A DNA stretch of 64,000 nt. It comes from Eledone cirrhosa. Lineage: Eukaryota. The DNA lies in the NCBI GenBank assembly GCA_964016885.1, contig OZ024760.1, positions 22,692,001-22,756,000 of the forward strand, in the 5' to 3' direction. Shown piece by piece: positions 27,357 through 39,497 of the stretch. How positions within the stretch are numbered: the first letter of the stretch is position 1; each line of letters starts with the position of its first letter. A program made the position numbers and the translations under genes. The notes below the pieces were generated by a model. It ran no database searches. It was not told the DNA's origin and worked only from the letters and a program-made list of their open reading frames with translations.

Positions 27357-27660
27357 AATATAAGTATTAATAAAATAGATGTTCTTTTGATCAATTACAT
27401 TTTATTATACATATTTATAACCATTTAACATCTCAGGGTATGTCTGGTATCATTATATTTCGTCTGATGAGGACGTACTGTTGTACATCCGAAATATGTA
27501 TAATAAAATGTAATTGATCAAAAGAACATCTATTTTATTAATACTTATATTTTAATATTAACAACTCCTGAAAATAATTTTTCACGTTGAGTGCTTCCAA
27601 TCTACTGTAAAACTCATTCTTTGACATAATCATCGTATATTGTTTAACAACTTAATACTT
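27357..27660 (+). mobile_element. (TA)n-embedded family B element with a 60-bp inverted 5' arm
   Basis: Arms 27357-27416 and 27492-27551. A hammerhead lies between and overlaps the arms. Confidence 0.75.
27456..27510 (+). ncRNA. Type I hammerhead ribozyme (family B)
   Basis: TATTTCGT-CTGATGA-GGACGTAC TGTT GTACATCC-GAAA-TATGTA-TA-ATAAAATG. One mismatch each in stems I and II. Confidence 0.75.
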
Positions 27661-27680
27661 ATATATAAATATATATATAT

Positions 27681-27848
27681 AACGAAGGAGTTGTGGTTAG
27701 GAACCAGATGGACCATAACGCACCAGAGTACTCAATACTTAGGGTAGTAGAGTGGGTAATAGGAAAAGGTATCAGCCCGACGGCAGAGCTCAAGCCGTTT
27801 CGACGACTATTCCTGGATTGAGCTCTGCCGTCGGGGTCATACCTTTTC
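27681..27848. mobile_element. (TA)n-embedded family G element with fold-back end
   Basis: Inverted arms AAAAGGTAT..CCCGACGGCAGAGCTCAA / TTGAGCTCTGCCGTCGGG..ATACCTTTT. Confidence 0.75.
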
Positions 27849-27888
<40 letters not shown>

Positions 27889-28528
27889 GGGTGGGTGTGT
27901 GGCATAGAGATTCATAGCTATATGTGATTATGAGTCTATGGCCTAGGTCTAGTACAAACACACACTCATATATATATCGCATATACCTATGTTTCCATCT
28001 CCCCCCTCCCTCTCACTCTCTCACCCCTCCTCTCTCTCACTCTCTCACCCCTCCTCTCTCTCACTCTCACCCCTCCTCTCTCTCACTCTCTCACCTTCCT
28101 CTCTCTCTCACTCTCTCATCCCTGCTCTCTCACTCACTCTCTCACCCCTCCTCTCACTCTCTCACCCCTCCTCTCTCTCTCTCACCCTTCCTCTCTCTCT
28201 AAATCTCACTCTCTCTCTCTCTCTCTCATCCCTCCTCTCACTCTCTCACTCCTCCTTTCTCTCTCTCACTCTATCACCCCACGTCACTCTCTCTCTCCCC
28301 TCCTCTCTCTCTCTCGCCTCCTCTCTCTCTCACTCTCTCTTTCCATATATATATATATCGCATATACCTATGTTTCTCTCTCTGTCTCCCCTCCTCTCTC
28401 TCTCTCCCTTCCTCTCCCTCTCTCTCACTCTCTCTTTCCATATATATATATCGCATATACCTATGTTTCTCTCTCTCTCACCCGCCTCTCTCTCTCACCC
28501 GCCTCTCTCTCTCTCTCACTCTCTCTTT

Positions 28529-28573
<45 letters not shown>

Positions 28574-29088
28574 CACATTAAGGACGAAAGAGAAATGAAA
28601 AGAAGAATTGCAAGTTTGAAAGAAAGGAAAAAAAAAAACCTAATGAACGAATGAAAGAGTTTTAGCGTAGAAGAAAAGAAAGAATTTAAGAATGAAAGAC
28701 TTCCAGAAAATCAGGGAATACAAAGAACAAAATGGCAGCAACAACGGAAAAAGCCAAACATATAATAGAACAAAGAATAACTAAAAAAATGGCGGAATCA
28801 TTGGAGGACAAAAAAAGTCTTTTATTCGGACGAAGTCCGTTTGAAGTTTCGTTTTGTTTTGTTCTTTGATTATTATATTTATTTAATTATTTATTTTTGT
28901 TGTTTTTATTGTTTTTATTGTTTTTATTTGTTAGTATTTTTCGCCATTTTCTATGTTATCAATAACACAACAACAATAACAAATAAATATAGAAATAACA
29001 AAATAAAAACAAACTGTATCATCTATATCGTAAGACAACAGAAACGATGAGATGGACATCAACTGTAGCAACAATATCTTTTGGATAA

Positions 29089-29126
<38 letters not shown>

Positions 29127-29280
29127 AAATGTGTGTATGTATAATGTATGGGGAAGTGATATATATATATATGAGTGTGTTTGTATTTGATATGGATATA
29201 TGTATGCATACACATGTATATGTGTATATGTATATATCTATGAGTGTATAAGTATGTATGTATGTATATATATATATGTG

Positions 29281-29915
29281 TCAGGTCACCAGTTGGTGCT
29301 GCTGGTAACATGTATCCCAGTACAACCTGTCTCATGGTCGGGTCGTTGGCGACTAAACTGGCAACCCCACCAAGGTTTCTTGGTGAGGAGGGTGATTTTG
29401 GACATCCTGCAGGACTAAAAACAAAACCTGTCAAAGGGCTAAGGAGCTCTTAAGAGTCAATGGCCATCCAAAATCACCGGGAGAGATGACCCCTTAGCCT
29501 TTGTCAAGGCAGAATTCTAGGAGAAGGAAAACTCTGATATAACACCTGCAACCCTGATGGTATCCAATGATGTTGACTTGTTCTTCTTTTTGGTAAATAT
29601 CATCTTGGTTAAGAGAGTGGGACTGGCTTTGTGCAGTGCCTTTGCTCACTATAAAAGCTTCACGGCACAGGCATTGCTTTATATCTGGAGATCTCTCTGC
29701 ACTTGTCCTCACATGGGCCCAGCACTATGTGTCAATGGTTGTCCTACCATGGGCCCAGCACTATGTGTCAATGGTTGTCACAGGTGTAGTGTTTGTACCA
29801 GAGGTTTCAAGTCGCTGGCTGGACTAAAAAGTCACACTCGTTCAGCGCATCGGTAGGGGTTCTCCTACATGGATATAAAGTAGTGGCCGTACTCGAAAAC
29901 GAGTTGGCAGCCACC
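29281..29915 (+). mobile_element. Non-autonomous bipartite RTE-clade element (5' UTR fused to 3' terminus)
   Basis: RTE-type leader motif CTAGGAGAAGGAAAACTCTGA, terminal C2H2-like CSVCTRGFKSLAGLKSHTRSAH*, 3' stem-loop CTCG-AAAA-CGAG, and no RT. Relatives at 43590 and 63810. Confidence 0.72.
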
Positions 29916-30202
29916 ATATATATATCTATATGAGTGTATAAGTATGTATGTATATATATATATATATATGAGTGTGTTTTTATTAGATATGTATATATGT
30001 ATGCATACACATGTATATGTGTATATGTATATATCTATATGAGTGTATAAGTATGTATGTATATATATATAGTTATATATATGTGTGTGTATAAGTATGT
30101 ATGTATATATATATATATATATATGAGTGTTTATATTAGATATGTATATATGTATGCATACACATCTATATGTGTATATGTATATATCTATGAGTGTATA
30201 AG

Positions 30203-30243
<41 letters not shown>

Positions 30244-30252
30244 ATAAGTATG

Positions 30253-30288
<36 letters not shown>

Positions 30289-30364
30289 TGTGTTTTATTA
30301 GATATGTATATATGTATGCATACACATGTGTATATGTATATATCTATATGAGTGTATAAGTATG

Positions 30365-30404
<40 letters not shown>

Positions 30405-30487
30405 TGTGTTTATATTAGATATGTATATATGTATGCATACACATGTATCTGTGTATATGTATATGTGTATATGTGTGTATAAGTATG

Positions 30488-30532
<45 letters not shown>

Positions 30533-30593
30533 ATAAGTATGTCTGTATATATATAAATGAAAAGGTATAGAAATATTGTAGCAGAAAGCCAAC

Positions 30594-30625
<32 letters not shown>

Positions 30626-31020
30626 TTGCAACTATATATCTATCTATATATAAATATGTGTGTGTGTCTATGTATGTATCTATCTATATATATGTGTGTA
30701 TGTTTGTATATATATATATATATACGTTTATGTTCCTCCCTTATGTTGGCAGCACCAATGTTAACGATGTCTGTCATCTTAAGACTGAACACAAACTCCC
30801 ACCCCTATACCCACACTCACTCACACACATGTTACCCACCCCTCCACACACACGCACACACAATCTCACACTCACACACATGTTACCCACCCCTCCATAG
30901 ACACACACACTCACACACATGCTAGCTAGTACTCTTCTTATTATTATTGGTTCTTGAGTGTTGAAGAAATTATCGGAAATATTGTAAATACTAGTTCAAT
31001 AGATCAATAATAATAATAAT

Positions 31021-31283
31021 AATTGTTTCTACTTTTTGGCACAAGGCCAGCAATTAACCAGTGCATTACTGGTACTTTCAATAATAATGATAATTGTTTC
31101 TACTTTTGGCACAGTGTCAGCCATTACCCCAGTGTATTACCGGTACTCTATTTTATCGAACCTGTAAGGATGAAAGGCAAAGTTAACCTGGGCGGGATTT
31201 GAACTCAGACCGTAAAGGGCCGTAACCCTATGCTGCAAAGCATGATATTCGACCCTCTACCGATACTGCCAATCCACAGCCCT
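31021..31283 (-). mobile_element. SINE family A (partial plus full copy) inside (TAA)n
   Basis: Family A consensus flanked by TAA repeats. Confidence 0.9.
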
Positions 31284-32273
31284 TAATAATAATAGTAATA
31301 ATAATAATAATAATAATAACAACAACAGCAATAATAATTATAATATATAAAACGAAGAAAACGTATAGAATTAGATGATAACTATTAATAATTAGAATTT
31401 TTCTCACTACTTCTCTTTTTTATCATCTTCTTTATTAACATCGTCATCTTCATCATCATCATCATCTTCATCATAACCATAATCATCATCATCATCATCA
31501 TCATTGGTACAGTTACCTTAATAACTCCGATAATGTCAACAAACCTATCAGGCGAAAAAAATATTGCGATTATTATCATTTTGTTTTGTTGTCGATGTTG
31601 TTGTTGTTGTTGTTCTTGATCTTCTTTATTTTCTTCTACTTTTTCTTCTTTTTCTTCTTTTTTCCTTCTTTTTTCCTTCTTTTCCTTTTTGCCTTTTCCG
31701 TCTTCTTTCTTCTTTTTTCCTCGTTTTCTCTTTCTTCTTTATTCCCTTTCTTCTCCTTCTTTTTTTTATTTCTTCTTCTTTATTTCCTTCTTCTTCGTCT
31801 TCGTCGTCTTGTTTTTCTTCTCTCGTATTATTAAAACCAAGACAAATAAAACTACTTAGCAAAAGTACCAAGATGAATCGTAAAAATGCAAAACAATGGC
31901 AAAAGGTAAAATAAAAATGGCGGTTTCTTGTTCTTTTATTTAGTTTTCTCTACATATAAATACATTTTTTGCTTTATCTCCGTTCATCTAAAATGGCTGA
32001 AATAGTGTTCCTCTAGATCATTTCCATTAAAAATGCACAGACAAATATTACAGTATATCTATTTATTTATTTATTCATTTATTTAACTATTTATTTTCGT
32101 TACTCAGCATTTTTATTCATTACATTTCATTGTTTTGTTCTGCTGTCGTCTGCTTTGGCTTTTTGATTGTTTGTTTGTTTGTTTGTTTGTGTGTTTGTCT
32201 GTTTGTTCTTAAACTACCCTACTCTTTTATTAAAAATACTGACATTACTAACAGGCCTTTCTCAATGTGTTTC

Positions 32274-32310
<37 letters not shown>

Positions 32311-32721
32311 CATATATACGCATGACATATATATATATGAATATATATTTAAATATATATATAAAACACATATATACGGATATGCACACACATATATATA
32401 TATATATATATATGTGTGTGTATATATATATGTGTGTGTGTGTATATATATATGCCCATGCGTGTATGTTTACATACATACATACGCATATGTTGATGTA
32501 TATATATATATGATATGTGTATATATACGCTATTTGTATCAACACACTGTTAGATGTATAATGATGTCTTCTAAGCCATAACAATTACAATTTCATACGA
32601 CAAAAATGACGCATAATGTTTTTTTCTTTCTTGGTCTTCTTTCCCAATCTTTGGATTTCCATCTAAATGATGTAATTCAAAGACCGCAGATCGTATTGGA
32701 ATGTTTGCATTGCTTTGAAAG

Positions 32722-33095
32722 TAATTGTTTCTACTTTTGGCACAAGGCCAGCAATTATCCAGTTTATTAGCGTTACTTTGATTTATCAACCCCGTATGGA
32801 TGAAAGGCAAAGTTAACCTCGGTGGATATGAACTGAGACCATAAGGAGCCATAACTCTATGCTGAAAAGCATGGCTTTCGACCTTCTACCGATACTGCCA
32901 ATCCGCCATCCGTTGCTTAGAAAGTAACTGTTTCTACTTTTGGCCCAAGGCCAGCAATTATCCCATTGAATTATTGGTACTTTATTTTATCGACCTCGTA
33001 AGGATGATAGGCAAAGCTATAGCCTCGGCCGAATTTGAACTCAGGCCGTAAAGGGCCGTAACTCAATGCCATAAAGCATGTTCTCCGATGCTATG
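32722..33095 (-). mobile_element. Two tandem SINE family A copies
   Basis: Family A consensus, more diverged. Confidence 0.88.
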
Positions 33096-33124
33096 AAATA
33101 GAACATGTAAAGAATAGTAAAAAC

Positions 33125-33428
33125 ATGTTGGAAAAATGTTAGTGGGTGGAGAAGGTTGTCGGGATCAAGAAGCAACAGGGAGAAGAGGGCCAGCAGTTGA
33201 GTACAATTAGAGGTTAATAACCGAGGTGGCGGAGCGCGTTCCCTTAGGGAAGCCTACGGAATTCTGTGCGTTATGGGGGCGAGCTGGAGGAAAGTAATCA
33301 ACATGAAAAAATAATGTAGAAGCAGCAGAGAGGGTCACTTGATGGCTGTGGTCGAAGTGAAGTGACCAGTGAGGTCCTTAGTATAGATGCCATTTGCACA
33401 AAGAATGATGCTTTGGTGGGCCCTGTGA
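33125..33428 (-). mobile_element. Possible decayed 3' end of a CR1/L2/Jockey-group LINE
   Basis: GC-richer island. Frameshifted translation gives SL-DHSHQV-LCCFYIIF, reminiscent of the SLxHRRxVxxLxxFYxxF terminal motif. Weak. Confidence 0.3.
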
Positions 33429-33444
33429 GATATATATATATATA

Positions 33445-33960
33445 ATTGTACTTGGGGGAAGAGAAAGTCAATGAAATTGACACCAGTGCATTACTGGTAC
33501 TTTATTTTATCGACCCCGTAAGGATGAAATGCAAAGTTAACCTCGGCGGGATTTGAACTCAGAACTTAAAAGGTCGTATCTAAATGTTGCAATGTATTTG
33601 ATTACAGTTGTTAGAATTGGCAGTCATTGGAGTCTCGGATGAAATGTGCTGCAGCACTTAGTTATGGCCCTTTATTTTCTGAGTTCAAATCCCGTCAAGG
33701 TTAGCGCTGACTTTCACTATTACATTTACGACGCAATAAAGTACCATCTTTACACTGGGGTCGAGTTAATAGACTTTCCCCTTCGCTCCAAATTGCTGGC
33801 ATTTTGCTTAAATCAGGAACCAATAATTTTATCAATAGTGTTACTTCTAACTATTGCTGTTGTGGTATACACTGTATCGTTAGAGCGTCGGACACAATAC
33901 TTTGCGGCATATAGTTACGACCCCTTACGGTGAATTCATATACCACCGAGGTTAGCTTAG
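33445..33960. mobile_element. Cluster of diverged SINE family A copies in both orientations
   Basis: Minus copy 33445-33595; plus copies at about 33610-33825 and 33870-33960. Confidence 0.8.
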
Positions 33961-33975
33961 CCTCTCTCTCTCTCT

Positions 33976-34019
<44 letters not shown>

Positions 34020-34023
34020 GATA

Positions 34024-34404
34024 CAGGGTGAGTCAAAATTATGTTAACACTAGTATGGGAGCAATCATTTATTCAGAATTTACTGAACAGTCTCAACCTG
34101 GTCACCAGCAGGATCAATACACAAAAACCAGCGATCAACAGCACAATTTAATGCCTTGACACACATTTCGCGGGGAATACTTGATATGACACCTTGTATT
34201 TTGTCCTTGAGGTCATCGATGTCTCTAACTTTTTTGCTATACACGCGTTCCTTTACCATGCCCCATAACCAGAAGTCACAGGGTGTCAGATAAGGGGAGT
34301 GTGCAAGTCCATGCTAATGGTCCACCACGACCTATCCAACGATTTGGAAACGTTTGGTCGAGAAAAGCACAACAGTAGTGTTAACATAATTTTGACTCAC
34401 CCTG
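34024..34404 (-). mobile_element. Internally deleted Tc1/mariner element (rosa/DD41D-like), 381 bp
   Basis: 29-bp perfect TIRs CAGGGTGAGTCAAAATTATGTTAACACTA with TA TSD. Minus strand encodes FLDQTFPNRWIGRGGPLAW/..HSPYLTPCDFWLWGMVKERVY...GDQVETVQ* with one frameshift. Confidence 0.93.
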
Positions 34405-34549
34405 TATATATAAACAAGATAAAGTTCCAGTAATTCACTGGGGTCTGAATTAATAAACTTCCCCTCCTCCTCTACAAAATGTTGGTCCTGTGCCAAAGGA
34501 AGAAACAATTATTAAAGCGGACTAAGTTCTTCTTGTTATATTAATTGTT

Positions 34550-34687
34550 ATATAAGGGCGGTGGATTGGAGTGAAAGCAACCGCTGCGTATGTTTCTTAT
34601 TGGCAATATGACCCTCCCAAAGTATAACAATATCGCTTTCAACACACGTTTTCAGATAAAGAATCTTGCTAAACAAATTCAGAAACG

Positions 34688-34690
<3 letters not shown>
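34550..34690. mobile_element. (TA)n-adjacent family F fragment
   Basis: Shares ATGACCCTCCCAAAGTATAA and ACACGTTTTCAGATAAA with 27260 and 44815 (reverse); the first motif also occurs at 53095. Confidence 0.65.
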
Positions 34691-34727
<37 letters not shown>

Positions 34728-34762
34728 TGTACTGCCTCTCTGTGTTGTTCACGTTCCATTTT

Positions 34763-34818
<56 letters not shown>

Positions 34819-35034
34819 CGTGTATATATGCATCTATGTTGTATGTGTGTATGTGTATATATGCATCTATATTGTATGAGTGTGTGTGTACGCATATATT
34901 ATGTATGTGTGTGTGTATGCATGTATATGTTATGTATGTGTGTGTATGCATATATTATGTATGTATGTGTGTGTGTATGCATATGTTATGTATGTGTGTG
35001 TATGCATAGATTCGGTTTGAACTTGTGTGTTTTG

Positions 35035-35081
<47 letters not shown>

Positions 35082-35147
35082 CATATGTGTACATGTAAAT
35101 TCATTCACCATACGTGTGTGTGTATGTATATATATATATATATATAT

Positions 35148-35339
35148 AATTGTTTCTACTTTTGGCACAAGGCCAGCAATTATTCCAGTGCATTACTGGT
35201 ACTTTATTTTATCGACCCCGTAAGGATGAAAGGCAAAGTTAACCTCGGCGGGATTTGAACTCAGATCATAAAGGGAGGTAACTCTATGCTTCAAAGCATG
35301 GCGTCCGACCCTTACCGATACTGCCAATCCACCGCCCTT
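35148..35339 (-). mobile_element. Full-length SINE family A copy within (TA)n
   Basis: Family A consensus. Confidence 0.92.
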
Positions 35340-35408
35340 ATATATATATATATAATGTACACATGTATGTATACTAATACATGCATATGTATATGTCAAT
35401 GACTGTGC

Positions 35409-35487
<79 letters not shown>

Positions 35488-35496
35488 TATATATAT

Positions 35497-35723
35497 AGTA
35501 ATAATAATAAATTTGAAGACTAAAATCCAAAGAGGGCTCGATAAGGATAAATATATATCAAATATATAAGAACCGTAGAGCAAATATTTATTAAAATAAC
35601 AGATTAAAGTTTAAGCAAAGAATCGCTGCTTTCACCCTTAACGGGATCTTCTGAAACTTAAACTTTAATCTGTTATTTTAAAGCAATTCTTTGCTTAAAC
35701 TTTAATCTGTTATTTTAATAAAT
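35497..35723 (-). mobile_element. (TA)n-embedded family D element with two short inverted 5' arms
   Basis: Homologous to 60346-60559 (reverse) and 54529-54609. Confidence 0.75.
35607..35659 (-). ncRNA. Hammerhead-like motif with variant core CAGAAGA (family D)
   Basis: AAGTTT-CAGAAGA-TCCC GTTAA GGGT-GAAA-GCA GCGATTCTT TGC-TT-AAACTT. All three stems form. Confidence 0.6.
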
Positions 35724-35801
35724 ATATATATATATATATATATGTACATATGTATGCATACTAATACATGCATATGTACATGTATATGTCAATGTGTGTG
35801 A

Positions 35802-35831
<30 letters not shown>

Positions 35832-35838
<7 letters not shown>

Positions 35839-36020
35839 ACGTTATTCCGGGTTGAATCGGAGGTAACCACAGTAAGTAAGGTACTCAATACATAGCAGAG
35901 TATAACAGTTTTAATATAGATGAGATTCTACAGGACTAGAACTGTTTCATTCATTAGAAATCATCAGGTTCCTGATGATTTCTAATGAATGAAACAGTTC
36001 TAGTCCTGTAGAATCTCATC

Positions 36021-36025
<5 letters not shown>
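35832..36025. mobile_element. (TA)n-embedded family C element ending in a perfect palindrome with 55-bp arms
   Basis: Arms 35914-35968 and 35971-36025 with a 2-nt spacer. Homologous to 52296-52401. Confidence 0.85.
35967..36015 (+). ncRNA. Type I hammerhead ribozyme (family C)
   Basis: GGTTC-CTGATGA-TTTC TAAT GAAT-GAAA-CAG TTCTAGTC CTG-TA-GAATC, with a GUA cleavage triplet. Confidence 0.72.
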
Positions 36026-36051
<26 letters not shown>

Positions 36052-36197
36052 TAATTTTAATATGTATGTCTCTCTATAATGTGAGTATTTAACTTTTTCT
36101 TCAGTCTATATCGATCTCATATCTTTCATATCTTGTCATTATTAAACAATGTATTGCAGCAACAACATAACATCAAATACAGCAAACGATCGTATAG

Positions 36198-36238
<41 letters not shown>

Positions 36239-36239
36239 T

Positions 36240-38135
36240 GAGTGTATGCTTCTGTGTGTGTGGGTTGTGTGTGTGTGTGTGAATGGGGTGTGAGTGTATG
36301 CTTCTGTGTGTGTGTGTGTCTGACTCTGTTTGTGTCCGGATGTGAGTGTATGCTTCTGTGTGTGTGGGTTGTGTGTGTTTGTGAATGGGGTGTGAGTGTA
36401 TGCTTCTATGTGTGTGGGTTGTGTGTGTGTGTGTGAATGGGGTGTGAGTGTATGCTTCTGTGTTTGTGTGCGTGTGACTCTGTTTGTGTCCGGATGTGAG
36501 TGTATGCTTCTGTGTGTGTGGGTTGTGTGTGTTTGTGAATGGGGTGTGAGTGTATGCTTCTATGTGTGTGTGTGTGTGTGTGTGTGTGACTCTGTTTGTG
36601 TCCGGATGTGTGTGTGAATGTGAGTGTATGCTTCTGTGTGTGTGTGTGAATGGAATGTGAGTGTATGCTTCTGTGTGTGTAGGTTGTGTGTGTGTGTGAA
36701 TGCAATGTGAGTGTATGCTTCTGTGTGTGTGGGTTGTGTGTGTGTGAATGGAATGTGAGTGTATGCTTCTGTGTGTGTGGGTTGTGTGTGTGTGAATGGA
36801 ATGTGAGTGTATGCTTCTGTGTGTGTGGGTTGTGTGTGTGTGTGAATGGAATGTGAGTGTATGCTTCTATGTCTGTGGGTTGTGTGTGAATGGAATGTGA
36901 GTTTATGCTTCTGTGTGTGTGGGTTGTGTGTGAATGGAATGTGAGTGTATGCTTCTGTGTGTGTAGGTTGTGTGTGTGTGTGAATGCAATGTGAGTGTAT
37001 GCTTCTGTGTGTGTAGGTTGTGTGTGTGTGTGAATGCAATGTGAGTGTATGCTTCTGTGTGTGTAGGTTGTGTGTGTGTGTGAATGCAATGTGAGTGTAT
37101 GCTTCTGTGTGTGTGGGTTGTGTGTGTGTGAATGCAATGTGAGTGTATGCTTCTGTGTGTGTGGGTTGTGTGTGTGTGAATGGAATGTGAGTGTATGCTT
37201 CTGTGTGTGGGGGTTGTGTGTGTGTGAATGGAATGTGAGTGTATGCTTCTGTGTGTGTAGGTTGTGTGTGTGTGTGAATGCAATGTGAGTGTATGCTTCT
37301 GTGTGTGTGGGTTGTGTGTGTGTGAATGGAATGTGAGTGTATGCTTCTGTGTGTGTGGGTTGTGTGTGTGTGTGAATGGAATGTGAGTGTATGCTTCTGT
37401 GTGTGGGGGTTGTGTGTGTGTGTGAATGCAATGTGAGTGTATGCTTCTGTGTGTGTGGGTTGTGTGTGTGTGAATGGAATGTGAGTGTATGCTTCTGTGT
37501 GTGTGGGTTGTGTGTGTGTGTGAATGGAATGTGAGTGTATGCTTCTATGTCTGTGGGTTGTGTGTGTGTGTGAATGGAATGTGAGTGTATGCTTCTGTGT
37601 GTGGGGGTTGTGTGTGTGTGTGAATGCAATGTGAGTGTCTGCTTCTGTGTGTGTGGGTTGTGTGTGTGTGAATGGAATGTGAGTGTATGCTTCTGTGTGT
37701 GTGGGTTGTGTGTGTGTGTGAATGGAATGTGAGTGTATGCTTCTGTGTGTGGGGGTTGTGTGTGTGTGTGAATGGAATGTGAGTGTATGCTTCTGTGTGT
37801 GGGGGTTGTGTGTGTGTGTGAATGCAATGTGAGTGTATGCTTCTGTGTGTGTGGGTTGTGTGTGTGTGAATGGAATGTGAGTGTATGCTTCTGTGTGTGT
37901 GGGTTGTGTGTGTGTGTGAATGGAATGTGAGTGTATGCTTCTATGTCTGTGGGTTGTGTGTGAATGGAATGTGAGTTTATGCTTCTGTGTGTGTGGGTTG
38001 TGTGTGCGTGTGAATGGAATGTGAGTGTATGCTTCTATGTCTGTGGGTTGTGTGTGTGTGTGAATGGAATGTGAGTGTATGCTTCTGTGTGTGTGGGTTG
38101 TGTGTGTGTGTGAATGGAATGTGAGTGTATTCATC
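36240..38135. repeat. Minisatellite, unit about 46-52 bp: GAATGGAATGTGAGTGTATGCTTCT(GT)nGGGTT(GT)n
   Basis: More than 30 tandem units, directly visible. Confidence 0.97.
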
Positions 38136-38539
38136 TGTGTGTTGGTTGAACTTCTGTTTTTGTCCAGATGTGTGTGTGTGTGTGTATGTGTGTGTGTTTG
38201 TGTGTGTGTGAATGTGAGTGTATGCCTCTGTGTCTTTTGGTTGAGCTTCTGTTTGTGTCCGGATGTGTGTGTGTGTCTTTGTGTGTGTGTGTGTGTGAAG
38301 GTGAGTGTATGCCTCTGTGGGTTGTTGTGCGCCTCTGTTTGTTTCTGCGTGTGTGTGTGTGCCTCTGTTTGTGTCTGGGTGTGCCTGTTTCTGTTTGTGT
38401 GTGTGTCTGTGTTTGTGTCTAGGTGTGCATGTTTCTGTTTGTGTGTATGTGTGTGTGTTTACATGTGTACATGTATATATGTGTGTGTGTGACTTAGTGT
38501 ATTAGTGTAGTTCCTAACATGTCTGCGTTTGTGTGTGTG

Positions 38540-38970
38540 CCTATGTATACATGTGTGCGGGTTTGTGCATGTCTGCGTGTGTGTGACCATGTGTAGTTCT
38601 ATGCATGTGTCTGCGTTTGTGCGTGTGACTATGTATGCATATGTGCATGTGTGTACATATGTGTGGGTTTGTACGTGTGTGTGTGTGTGACTTTGTATGT
38701 ATGTATGTATGTATGTATGTATGAAATTCTGTGCATCTGTGTGCGTTTGTGCATGTGTGCGGGTTTGTGCATGTCTGCGTGTGTGTGACCATGTGTAGTT
38801 CTATGCATGTGTCTGCGTTTGTGCGTGTGACTATGTATGCATATGTGCATGTGTGTACATATGTGTGGGTTTGTACGTGTGTGTGTGTGTGACTTTGTAT
38901 GTATGTATGTATGAAATTCTGTGCATCTGTGTGCGTTTGTGCATGTGTGCGGGTTTGTGCATGTCTGTGT
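38540..38970. repeat. TG-rich tandem duplication (unit about 200 bp)
   Basis: CATGTGTGCGGGTTTGTGCATGTC... recurs at about 38550, 38752 and 38942. Confidence 0.88.
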
Positions 38971-39420
38971 GTGGGTGACTTTGTGTGCATGTGTGTGGTA
39001 CTATACATGAGTCTGCGTTTGTGTGTGTATGTGTATGGGTGTATGTGTGTGTGTATGTTTTGCGTCTACTTGTATGGGAAGGTGAGTTCACGCTATCAAT
39101 AAACGACCACCAACCCCCACATTACATTATCGGCAACATAAGACCAATATTCCCACCCACTACCTCATCATCCCCCACCCACGCACCTCCCGATCAACCG
39201 GCGCCCACAACCCACCTGCTACAATATTGCATAAAGATGCAACAGCAAACGTCACCCAGCCCCTCCGTCCTTCTAACCAATGAAACAAAATATAATTTCC
39301 TACAAAAGCGGGTCTTTGATCTGGGATGCCATAAAGGTCCCCTTTTAAAAGCACCCCGGTAAACAAACACCCTTCACATCTTATAAAGTCCAACGTTATG
39401 CTTAATGGCATATAGCTGCT

Positions 39421-39444
39421 TATATATATGTATATATATATGTG

Positions 39445-39497
<53 letters not shown>

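Noticed and set aside
36406-38134. His/Thr-rich ORFs of 473 and 524 aa
   Set aside because: They are translations of a CA-rich minisatellite whose unit length is not held to multiples of three.
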